From an uncultured Spirochaetota bacterium (lineage in GTDB: Bacteria; Spirochaetota; Spirochaetia; SZUA-6; CAVTHK01), in assembly GCA_963734495.1 (NCBI GenBank), contig CAVTHK010000011.1, positions 1 through 64,000 of the forward strand: a DNA stretch of 64,000 bases, read 5' to 3'. A program made the position numbers and the translations under genes. This document shows positions 20,301 to 30,400 of the stretch, piece after piece. The notes below the pieces were generated by a model, which was not told the origin of the DNA, searched no databases, and was given only the letters and a program-made list of their open reading frames with translations. Every line of letters starts with the position of its first letter. The stretch's first letter is position 1.

Positions 20301-20638
20301 TTCGGTCTGCGGCGACTCACTGCACTCCTCGATGGCCGCCGGCGGCACGCCCGCCTCGACCTGCTCGGCCGCCTCGAGGGCCGCGTACATCAGCCCGCGC
20401 TCATCGGCTCCGGCGATCACCAGCGTCGGCCCGTCGTGCGCGATGGCCAGCGACTCGGGACCCGCGGCCAGGCGCAGAGCACCCGAGCGCTGCAGGCCCG
20501 CGACGCGCGGCCGACCCCGCCGGCGTGCCGGCGAGGACCTCCGCGCCGCCGGCGCGCGCCGCGGCCAGCGCCAGGCGGAGCCTCTCGATGCCGTGCCGCG
20601 CCGACGGCGCCGTAGCCGCCCTCGACCAGCAGCGCCAT
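17394..20638 (-). CDS. Large glycoside-hydrolase-like protein (~1080 aa; many frameshifts)
   Basis: Consecutive in-register fragments: GH20/67/115-type N-domain LVIAGADERGLMYAALE, a TIM-barrel-like core (FRGLYIFLHN, GIQLRVNAESG, KYWAEHLG), and C-terminal beta-sandwich segments (YWIEAVD). Confidence 0.6.
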
Positions 20639-20641
20639 CCC

Positions 20642-21689
20642 TCAGCCCCGCCTGCCCGGCCAGCTCTCCGGCCGCTTCCAGAAGTCGTCCTCGCGGCCGC
20701 CGTAGTAGCCCTCGAGCGCGAGGTCGAGCACGCGGCTGGTGCGCGCCGCGCTCTCGCCTGTGCTCGGACAGACGCCCCGGCCGAGCAGATCGTCCACCAC
20801 CGTCTGGATGAGCGGCTGCTGGATGTGCTCGGGATTGGGCAGGTCGAACTCGGTCACCGCGCCCCCGCGGACGAAGCGCACGGGCTCGTCGCCGAACACC
20901 GAGAGCTGGGCGCGGCCTTCGGTCCCGGTGACCAGCAGCACGTCCTGCGTTTCCGAGGACGCGAAGTTCCAGATCCCGACGCCGGGTGCTCCGCCGGCGC
21001 GGAACGAGAGGGTCACGCTGTCCTCGACCGCACACGCCGAAGCGAGATTGGCCGCCGCGCCATGCACGTCGGTGAGGGGTCCGAGGAGGAAGTCGACGAC
21101 GTCCAGGGCATGAGACGCAAGGTCCATCGCGAGGCCTCCGCCAGCCTGTTCCGCGTCGAGCCGCCACGGCAGGCGGGCAGGTTCGACGTCGCGGTGGCGC
21201 GGCCCGTAGAACGCGCAGGCCACGCTCGTGACCCGCCCGAGCGCGCCGCCCTGCGATCAGCTCCTTGACCTTGAGAAAGCGGGGGAGGGCCCGGCGGTAG
21301 TAGGCAACATAGAGGGCCAGCCCGGCGGCCCGGAACGCCTCGATCATCCGCAGGCACTCGGCGTGGTTGCGGGCCATCGGCTTCTCGACGTACGCGGGCT
21401 TGCCCGCGCGGCATGCGCGCAGGGCGTGCTCCAGGTGCGAGCCCGGCGGCGTCGCGATGTAGACGGCGTCCACTTCGGGATCGGCGATGAGGGCGTCCGC
21501 GTCGGAGTACCACCGCGGCACGCCATGGCGCCGCGCATAGTCCGCGGCGAGCGCGGCGTCACGGCGCATGACGGCCACGAGGCGGCTGTCGCGCGCCTTC
21601 TGCAGCCCGGGACCGCTCTTGACCTCGGTGACGTTGCCGCAGCCGATGATCCCCCACCGCACGGGGGCCGCCAGGGGCCGGTGACTCAT
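20642..21689 (-). CDS. Gfo/Idh/MocA oxidoreductase (one frameshift near 21250)
   Basis: WGIIGCGNV, VYIATPP, YVEKPMA, AYYRR, MDLASHALD. Confidence 0.9.
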
Positions 21690-21695
21690 GGCGGC

Positions 21696-21704
21696 ATCAT
21701 AGCA
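21696..21704 (-). promoter_or_regulatory. Extended -10 element (leaderless)
   Basis: TGcTATGAT 6 nt upstream of ATG 21689; no SD. Confidence 0.5.
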
Positions 21705-21867
21705 CGCGGTGTGCAGCAGCCTGCTGAATCGGCCTGAAATGCCGGCCGGAGGGTGGCATAGTTTAGTGGTTTGGTATCGTGCCTTCAGGAACGATAGCCG
21801 ATAACCAGAATGGGACTGGAGGGGCGGTCGAAAGCGTCCGGGAGCCCGCCCGGCCAGGGGTGGAGAC

Positions 21868-24800
21868 ATGAAAAAGAGGTCAATTCCTATCGTGGCACTC
21901 ATGGCCGCAGTCCTGGCAGTCTCCTGCCGGAACCCCCTGACGATCGGCCTCGGCGACCGTATCGACCTCCAGAGCCCCGACCTGGCCGTAAGCAGTCACA
22001 CCAACGGCGCGTACGTACGGGGCACGATCGATCTCGAGGGGACCTATGCCGACGACATGCAGGGCGTCACGGTCCGTGTCTCTCTGGACGGCGGCGCGAC
22101 TTTCGGCCGCGCCAACGTCGACCCGGCGGCCGCACGCTGGTCGTTCACCATCGACACGTCCGCGGTCGCCGACGGCGGACGCGACGTCGTCGTGACGGTG
22201 ACGGACGGCTCCGGAAAGACCGTCGAGAAACGGACTCTGCTCTATTTCGACAACACGCCGCCGGTCGTTCTAGTCAAGGTTCCTCTCGCCTATGCTTACC
22301 CGCCCAACGAGTACAACGGAACCGTTTCCATCCGCGGCGACGCCACGGACCAGTTCCCCATCGAGCGGGTCTCCTTGGCCATCTTCAATCCTTCCGGGAC
22401 CTCGCTTGTGTCGGTGCCGGCGGTCACCGGCACGAACAGCTGGAGCTACAACTTTCAGAGCGTCGGCCTCGTTGGTGGCATCGAGAATTGCGACCTGGTG
22501 GTCACCGCCCACGACCGAGCGGGAAACCAGAACTCCATCTTCTACCAGATCGCGGACGTGACGGCCTTTAACAGCGGCGCTCCCCTTTCCGTAGAGGAGG
22601 TGGCCGCGCTGAACGCCGGCAACGCGCTCTTCAGAGCGATCGCCGTCACGGCCGACCCGGCGCTGCTTCCGACTGCGCGGAAGATGACCTTGCGAATCAA
22701 CCAGGGGCTGGACCTTCCCGTCTTCGACATCTACAACCCCGACCCGGGCGGCACCCCTGCGGAAAACGTGCTCGCACCTTCTTCCAAGGCCATTGGCATG
22801 GTCACCGATGACGCCGAAGGCATCAACGCGGGGACGATCCAGGTCAAGTTCGACGGCGGCTCCTGGATTCCGGTGCAGACCACTGTAGGCACGGGCCTCG
22901 CGGTGCGGTGGGAGCACAGTCTCTCGAGCCTGGCCCCTGGGAACCACACGCTGCAGCTGAGGGCCAGCGACAACCTCGGCGCACAGGGCTACTCGGTGGA
23001 AGTGCCCTTCTCCATAGACGCCTCCGCTCCCACGGTCGAGATCACCTCCCCGACGCAGGGCTCCTACCTGAACTCAACCTCGTTCGCGATCACGGGCACG
23101 GCGACCAGCGGCGACACAGTGACCGGCGTGCAGGTGAGCCTGGACGATGGGGCCACCTACAGCGCGGCCACGAGCACTTCCGGCGACTACGATACGTGGC
23201 AGTTCAACGCAGTGGGCGCCCCGGCCGACGTCGTCTCCGTCAAGGCCAAGGCGATGGCCGGCAGCAAGACAGCGTTCTACAACCTTTCGGTCGTAGTGGA
23301 CACGCAGATCCCGACAGTGACCTTCCTCTCGCCGACGAGAGCCAGCTCGGTCAACGGACCCGTGACGGTGCGCGGCTCGTCGTCCGACAACCGCCAGATC
23401 ACCAAGGTGGAGCTGCGCATCGGCGAGCCCAACAACTGGATCGTGCTCTCGGACCCCTACAGCTGGGAGTACCTGTTCGACTCGGCCGGCTACGCGAATG
23501 CGACGTACGCCACGGAGGAGTCACCCGCGGGCAGCAACATCTGGAAGCTCTACGTCTACGCCCGCGTCACAGACATCGCGGGCAACGTCAAGACCACGTC
23601 CGGCGAGACGTACTACTTCTTCGTGGACCAGGCGCTCGACAAGCCCCGGGTCACGGTCATCTCGCCGCCGGCCGGCACGACCAATGTCGCCGGACCGGTG
23701 ATCATCTCGGGAACCGCGCTCGACGACGATGGGCTGTATCGCGTGGAGATGCAGATCGACGTCAACGGCGACGGCGACTTTGCGGACTCCGTCGACTTCT
23801 GGAACGGCTCCGCCAAGGGGGCGGACGGCGACACCAACGACCGGTTCGAAAAGGAGAACGTCTGGTACCCGGTGACGGGAACAAGCCTCTGGTCCCAGCA
23901 GATCAACGGCTACGGCGAGATGTACCAGACCGAGCCGGGGCACAACGGCGACATCACGGTGCGCGTGCGCGCGGTGGACACCAAGGACGGGGGTCTCACG
24001 CCTGGCATCGCGGGCGACATCCAGGAGTTCTCGATCCACCTCGACGACACGATCCCGCGCATAGAGAGCCTCAACCTGGTTTCCGGCGACCACGTCAAGG
24101 GTCAGTTCCACATCACCGGACGAGCCCTGGACGACGTGCAGATCGGGACCGTGCAGATCAGCTACGACGGCGGAATCAACTACCAGAACCTCTCGTCCAG
24201 CTGGTACGTCGTCAACTCGACGGACGACTGGAGCCTGGACATCACGATCGACACCCGGCCTTCCGGGCTCGACATCGCGAGCGGGATCCTTTACCTGCGG
24301 CTCAAGATCACGGACAACGCCAACTACCAGTCCATCACACCGCTGAACCTGAACGTGGACAACATCTACCCGACCGACGATCCGTCCGGCTACACCGGGG
24401 CAGCGAGCGACATCAACGGCACCGCGGCGCGGCTGCAGGGAACCGCCCGGGACGCGGGCACCGTGAGCGGCGTCGAGCGAATCGAGGCGTACCTGGTGCG
24501 GTCGGGGCTCGTCTACAACCCCAAGACGGGCGCCGCCACCGCGGTGGGCAGCTTTGACTTCGGCGACGGCAGCGGAACCGTGCCTTACCCCACGGGCGCA
24601 GGAAGCGGCAACTACAAGATCACCATCAACGACACCAACGAGTTCGGCAACGATGCGGGCGGAAACGGCGACGGCGACGGCTTCAACGAGTCGCTCACCC
24701 TGGCCGGGTCCACCTACAACTGGTGGGCCGAGTTCAACTCGAACGTCATTCCCGACGGTGCAGTCGAAATCCACTACGTGATCGTCGACAATTCCGGCAA

Positions 24801-27453
24801 CGGCACGCACCATCAGACAGCGGGCTTTGTGAAGAATCACAAGCCGAGCATCACGAGCGTTACTGTGGGAAGCGACATCGACCACAGCGGGACCGTCGAG
24901 CCGGATGAGCAGTTCGGATACGCAGGCAGCTTCAAAGCGCGCAGCCGCCTGTACATCGCGGTCGCTGCCACGGACAACCAACCGATCGCGGCCTACCAGG
25001 TGATTCGCGATCCCTACGGAACGCCGCAGCAGGTGCTTGCGACCGCCTCGGGCACCATCGATGTTTCCATCGGATACAGTGAAGGGCTGGTGTCGTTCCT
25101 GTGTCGCGTCACCGACTCCGACGGCATCACGGCGGAGACGCTTCTCTCGGTGGTCATAGAGAACAACGACCTGGTGCCCCCCGTGATCACGTTCGCACCG
25201 CTCACGCAAAGCCAGCTCGTCGCCGGACACCTCGAGGAGAGCGGCGCCAGCCTGCACGACGGGCCCGACGCGGACGTGAGCGGCACGATCGCGCTCGCGG
25301 GAACGGCCTCGGACAACCAGAGGATCGAGCACCTCAGCGTGCAGATCGACAGCTTCGATGCCGATGGGGCCGGGCCCCTCACGGCCGGAGCCGAGCGCGT
25401 GGTTGCCTCCTGGACGGGGAGCGCGCTTGTCTCCTCGGACCCGAGCTTTGTGATCTCGACCCAGACCCTCAGCGAGAGCACGGGTCACAACATCTCCTGG
25501 ACCTACACGTGGGACACCGCCGGCGTGACCAACGTGGCGGGCAACAACCTGGCCGTCCGCTTCCGCGCGTACGACTTTGCGCCCGCCGCGAGCCTCGATT
25601 CCAGAACGGTGGACGTGGTGCCCTATATCACGGGCGTCGCGCGCACGGTGGGCACCAACCGCTCCCGGCACGGCCGGTTTATCGTTCAGGAGGGCGAGGC
25701 CGGGATCGTCCTTTCCGGCTACAACCTGGCGCAGACGGGCACCAACTGGGTCCGCGTTTACAACACCAAGACGGGGGGCGCGACCTACGACGACGTCACG
25801 GTCACCGCGTCCGGGTCGCCCTACACGAGCATGACCGTATCGCTCGCGGCGGTCACCCACTCCGGGTGGCTGCGCCTTGCGGTCAACGGGGTGGAGGCGA
25901 TCAACAACGAAAACGCCGACATCATCACCAACAAGGAGGACGACGGCAGCGGCCTCGCCTACACCCTGTGGAACGACGACCGCTACCTGCGGGTCTGGTC
26001 CGTCGGCGGGTCGTTCCAGGCCAGCAGCGGCGCGCAGTATCCGTCGATGTCCATCATGGCCGACGGCACGCTCTACGGCTCGTGGATCAACTACGCCTCC
26101 TCGCTCATGACCTATGGAACCACGGGAGCGGCCCCGGTGACCCAGTGGGGAATCTACGACCCGCCGGAATACACGGACATCTCAGTGGACTCCGGCGAGG
26201 CGACGCTCAAGTACGCGATCGCCTTCGCGGCCAACCATTATGGTGGCAGCGGCTGGGGCACCCCTCCCCTGGACGCGTCCAGCGCCGGCTTTGTCGGTGT
26301 GCGCACTCCCAACTCGCGGCAGATAGCCGCCGGGTACGGGAACGCCGTCGCATACCCCATTGAGTCCCTGAACCTCAACCAGCAGCTGTGGCAGTTCCAA
26401 AGGCCCAAGGTGGTCCGCTCCAATGGCGGGGCGAGCGATGCCCAGGACAGGATCCACGTGGCGTACTACGACTCCGTTACGAGGGCGGCGAAGTACTCCT
26501 ACCTGCTCGACGACGGGCAGGCATCGGTTCGCGGCTGGATCGTTCTCGACGGCGGAACGGACGCCCAGGACGTGCGCTACGTGACCGGCATCGCGACGGC
26601 ACGTAGTACCAACACTACGCTGACAGACCTTGCCGGCCTCGGCGGCAACACGCTGGTGGCCGCCGGACAGACCATCATGCTCCTGAACACCGCGGGAGAC
26701 GCAAGGTACAGCACGGTTACCGCTTTCAACTCCGTCACCGGAGTCGTCACTTTCAACACCACCGGCGAGACCACACGCACCCACTACACGATCGTCACGG
26801 GAACGAGCAACCTGGTTCCGCAGGGCACCGGCGTGGCCCGATCGACGAACGCCGGTGAGTATGTCGCGATCGACGTGGATGAGGAAGGCAAGCCCGTCGT
26901 CGTCTACTACGACACGGCCGCCCAGACTCTCCGCCTCGCGCGCGCGAGCGTCGTCAATCCGAAGGCCCCGGGCGACTGGACTCGGCAGAACGTCTTCGCC
27001 CCCGGGGACCCCAACGCGCAGTTCAGCGGACAGCACGTGGCCATCAAGTTCGACTCCGGCGGCGGGCTGCACGTCGTCTGCTACCGGTCCTCGACGGGCG
27101 ACCTGCTGTATCTCCACGCGCCCGACGCCGACGGGACGGACTATGCCTTCGACAACAGCGTCGTCGTAGACTCTGCGGGCGCGGTGGGGACGTGGGCCGA
27201 CATCACCTTGAACGGGGTCACGCCGTACGTCTCGTACCTGAACAACTCGATGATAGGGACGTTCGAGGGCCTGAAGCTCGCCTACTACGACAGCGGTCTC
27301 GGCGGCTGGGAGTACGAGATCCTGCCGCTCGCCACCGCCATCGCGGACAAGCGCACCAGCATCGAGTACAAGAAGGGCGCCGTCGCGTGGACCCTGGCGC
27401 TCGGCTACGCCAGCGACAGCTTCGACCTCGTGTACCTGAGGCCCGAGGAGTAG
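21868..27453 (+). CDS. Giant Ig-like repeat lipoprotein (1861 aa)
   Basis: Signal MKKRS...LAVS-C lipobox; repeated DxxxPxVxIxSP...GxAxD...W modules; DxNGDGD Ca-loop-like motifs; distinct C-terminal beta-rich domain. Confidence 0.85.
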   Translation: MKKRSIPIVALMAAVLAVSCRNPLTIGLGDRIDLQSPDLAVSSHTNGAYVRGTIDLEGTYADDMQGVTVRVSLDGGATFGRANVDPAAARWSFTIDTSAVADGGRDVVVTVTDGSGKTVEKRTLLYFDNTPPVVLVKVPLAYAYPPNEYNGTVSIRGDATDQFPIERVSLAIFNPSGTSLVSVPAVTGTNSWSYNFQSVGLVGGIENCDLVVTAHDRAGNQNSIFYQIADVTAFNSGAPLSVEEVAALNAGNALFRAIAVTADPALLPTARKMTLRINQGLDLPVFDIYNPDPGGTPAENVLAPSSKAIGMVTDDAEGINAGTIQVKFDGGSWIPVQTTVGTGLAVRWEHSLSSLAPGNHTLQLRASDNLGAQGYSVEVPFSIDASAPTVEITSPTQGSYLNSTSFAITGTATSGDTVTGVQVSLDDGATYSAATSTSGDYDTWQFNAVGAPADVVSVKAKAMAGSKTAFYNLSVVVDTQIPTVTFLSPTRASSVNGPVTVRGSSSDNRQITKVELRIGEPNNWIVLSDPYSWEYLFDSAGYANATYATEESPAGSNIWKLYVYARVTDIAGNVKTTSGETYYFFVDQALDKPRVTVISPPAGTTNVAGPVIISGTALDDDGLYRVEMQIDVNGDGDFADSVDFWNGSAKGADGDTNDRFEKENVWYPVTGTSLWSQQINGYGEMYQTEPGHNGDITVRVRAVDTKDGGLTPGIAGDIQEFSIHLDDTIPRIESLNLVSGDHVKGQFHITGRALDDVQIGTVQISYDGGINYQNLSSSWYVVNSTDDWSLDITIDTRPSGLDIASGILYLRLKITDNANYQSITPLNLNVDNIYPTDDPSGYTGAASDINGTAARLQGTARDAGTVSGVERIEAYLVRSGLVYNPKTGAATAVGSFDFGDGSGTVPYPTGAGSGNYKITINDTNEFGNDAGGNGDGDGFNESLTLAGSTYNWWAEFNSNVIPDGAVEIHYVIVDNSGNGTHHQTAGFVKNHKPSITSVTVGSDIDHSGTVEPDEQFGYAGSFKARSRLYIAVAATDNQPIAAYQVIRDPYGTPQQVLATASGTIDVSIGYSEGLVSFLCRVTDSDGITAETLLSVVIENNDLVPPVITFAPLTQSQLVAGHLEESGASLHDGPDADVSGTIALAGTASDNQRIEHLSVQIDSFDADGAGPLTAGAERVVASWTGSALVSSDPSFVISTQTLSESTGHNISWTYTWDTAGVTNVAGNNLAVRFRAYDFAPAASLDSRTVDVVPYITGVARTVGTNRSRHGRFIVQEGEAGIVLSGYNLAQTGTNWVRVYNTKTGGATYDDVTVTASGSPYTSMTVSLAAVTHSGWLRLAVNGVEAINNENADIITNKEDDGSGLAYTLWNDDRYLRVWSVGGSFQASSGAQYPSMSIMADGTLYGSWINYASSLMTYGTTGAAPVTQWGIYDPPEYTDISVDSGEATLKYAIAFAANHYGGSGWGTPPLDASSAGFVGVRTPNSRQIAAGYGNAVAYPIESLNLNQQLWQFQRPKVVRSNGGASDAQDRIHVAYYDSVTRAAKYSYLLDDGQASVRGWIVLDGGTDAQDVRYVTGIATARSTNTTLTDLAGLGGNTLVAAGQTIMLLNTAGDARYSTVTAFNSVTGVVTFNTTGETTRTHYTIVTGTSNLVPQGTGVARSTNAGEYVAIDVDEEGKPVVVYYDTAAQTLRLARASVVNPKAPGDWTRQNVFAPGDPNAQFSGQHVAIKFDSGGGLHVVCYRSSTGDLLYLHAPDADGTDYAFDNSVVVDSAGAVGTWADITLNGVTPYVSYLNNSMIGTFEGLKLAYYDSGLGGWEYEILPLATAIADKRTSIEYKKGAVAWTLALGYASDSFDLVYLRPEE

Positions 27454-27457
27454 CGCC

Positions 27458-30400
27458 ATGACGAAAAGGAACGTGTTCGCGGCGCTGGTCGCTGCAGCCA
27501 TGGCCGTGCGCGCGTGGCCGTTCGGCTCGGCCGAGACCGGCGACTACAAGCCGGTTGAAGGCAAAGAGAACTGGACCCAGGGCGTCGACACCAAGGCGCT
27601 GAAGGAAGGGACCTACAACGTGATCGTGCGGGCGGTGGACCGGGCCGGCAACGTGAGCTACGGCGGCCCGATCGACATCCGCATCGATCCCGACTCGGAC
27701 CTCCCGCTGGTGAACGTCTCCAACCCGACGCAGGGGATGCGCGTCGGCAACAACCTCAACGTCCTGGGCACCTGCGTCGACGACGACGCCGTCGAGCGGG
27801 TCGAGGTCCGCGTCGACGGAGGCGATGCCGTCGCGGCCCAGGGCCGCGAGTACTGGTCGTACTACCTGAACGTCGGAGGCCTCGAGGACGGCCTGCACAG
27901 GATTGCGGTGCAGGGCTTCGACACGAACGGGCTCGCCGGCAAGCCCTTCGAGGTCTCCTTTCACCTCGACAAACGGGGCCCGGCGCTCCGCGTCGAGTCG
28001 CATAAGAACGGCGTGCTCCTCAACAGCCGGGCCGTCGTGTCCGGGGTCGCCGAAGACAGAAACGGAGTCGCGGACGTGTCCCTCAGCCGCGACAACCGCA
28101 AGACCTGGGAGCAACTCAGGATCGACGCCGCCAGGACGGGCGTGACCGCGGCGTTCCGTTTCGAGATCGACACGACCAGACTCGAAGCAGGCCCTCACGT
28201 CTACTGGCTGCGCGCGACGGACAAGACCGGCTCGCAGGAGCCCCTTGCCTTTCTGTTCTTCGTGGACAACGAGCCGCCGAAGCTCCAGATCCTGAGCCCG
28301 GCCGAGGACGCGCCGGCGTCGGGCAGCCTGACCGCGATCGGCACCGTCGCCGACGACGTCGGCGTCCGGTCGCTGGCGTACTCCGTTTCCGGCGGTCCCG
28401 AGCAGCCGGTGGCCCTGACTCCCGGCAACCGCTACTGGGTGCAGAACATTCCGCTGAGCGGCGACAGATCGACGACCGTCACCTTCACCGCCGAAGACCT
28501 CACGGGCAACAAGACCCGCGTGACGCGCAAGGTCACGGTGGACGCCCAGGCGGACCTGCCCGTGGTCAAGCTGGCCTCGCCCACCGCAGGCGCTTCGTTA
28601 CCGGGTCCCGTCGCGCTCGTCGGAAGCGTACGCGACAACGACGACGTCAAAGGGATAGAGATTTCGGTCGATGGCGGAGCGCCGCGTTCCGTCGAAACGC
28701 GCGAAGCCTTTGTTGTCGACCTCGAGCCGCTGCAGCCGGGCACGCATCGCATCGTTGTCCGCGGCATAGATGTCGGAGGCAAGCGAGGCCCTGAGGCTCG
28801 CGTCGAGTTCGCCAAGGCGGCGCCCGCACCCCGGGTGGACCTGGTCAGCCTGATCGTCGGCGAGGACAGCAGGGCCTTTGCCCCCGGCCTCGTGGTTCCG
28901 GCGGGAACGGCAGCGAGGTTGATCGCCGCCGCATCCGCGGGCGCCGGGGCGCTCGACGTCCAGGTGGGCGCAGGGGCCGCGCGCAGGGTTGCCGCCGCCG
29001 AGCGCTTCGAGATCGCCCTGCCCAAGGACCAGCCTCCCGGCCGGGTGGACGTCGTGATCCGGGCCGTAGGGTCCGAAGCCCCGCTTTGCGCCAGCTTCTT
29101 ATACAAAGGCCAGGTCTCCGATCCGCCGGGATTGATCCTTGCGGACGCCCGCATCGTGGACGGGCGCGCGAACGTGGCTGAGGACCGGCCCTTGCGCCTG
29201 TTTGTCGCGGGCGCGCAGGCGACATCCGCGGAGACCGAGCCGCGCAGTGAACGGATCTCAGTCTCGGTCTCGGGCTCCATCGTCACCGTGACGCCTCGCG
29301 GCGGCGGCAGCCCTGAGCCGTTCCGTGTCCGCGTCACCACCGACAGCGGCACCTCTCTCGTGTCCGAGCCTCTCACTGTCGTCTCCGACTTCGAGACCCC
29401 GCGCATCGCCGTGTCCGAGCCGTCGACGGGCTCCTGGATCAGAGACACGGTCAAGCTCACGGGCACCGTTGCGGAGTCCGGCGGACTGAAGAGCCTCGAG
29501 GTTTCGGCTGGCGGGGCGGACGCGTTTCGCCCCCTCGAGTTCAAGAGAACCGCCGAGGGCGCCTCCTTCGACCAGACGCTGACGCCGGCCGTCGGTGACG
29601 GCCCGTTGGTCCTGTCGGTGCGAGCGCGCGACCTCGCGGGACACGAAGCCGTGACGCAGATCGCTCTCAGCAAAGATACGGCTGCGCCGACTCTCTCGGT
29701 CGTCGCTCCAGGCCCATCCGATTCCGTGGAGGGCACGATCACGCTGACCGGCCTCGCGGCCGACGCCGGGGTGCTCGACCGCATCGAATTCAGCGACGAC
29801 GGCAAGAAGTTCGTCGCCGTGGAAGGGGGGCGCGTCTTCCGTCACGACATCGACCTTGCAGCCTACAAGAAGCTGCCGGACGCCTTTGCGATCCGGGCCA
29901 CGGACCGGGCGGGCAACGCCGCGACGCTGCCGGTGGTCCTGAGCGTCGACCAGTCGAGGGACAGGCCGGTCGTCGAGATCCAGATCCCCGAGCAGGGAGC
30001 GGTCCTGCGCAGCGACTTTGCGGTCTCAGGCATGGCCTTTGACGACGACGGCGTGCGCGCAGTGGTCTACCGTCTGGACGGCGGCGACCCCGTGAGGCTG
30101 GAAGCGCAGGGGAGCTTCTCCATTCCCTTGTCCCTGGCGTCGCTCAGCGACAACGAGCACAAAATCGAAGTGAAGGCGGAGGACATCCGAGGGGTGACGG
30201 GCGAGCCGGTCTCCGTTGCGATCGTCGTATCCACCGCTGAGCCGGCGGCGGCGCTCGCCCGGCCGAAGCCCGGCGAGACCGTGCGCGGGCGCGTCCTGCT
30301 CGAAGGCAATGCGGAGGACGGGAACGGCATCCGCTCGATCGCCGTGTCCTTCGACAACGGGAACACGTTCAACCAGGCAGAGGGTGCGGAGAAGTGGAGC

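Noticed and set aside
21753..21804. Sigma28 (GCCGATAA at 21797) or sigma54 (TGGCAT) promoter for the Ig-repeat operon
   Set aside because: No TAAA -35 at the required spacing and no GC at -12. A TATCGT-N10-ACGATA inverted repeat is present but too short to call.
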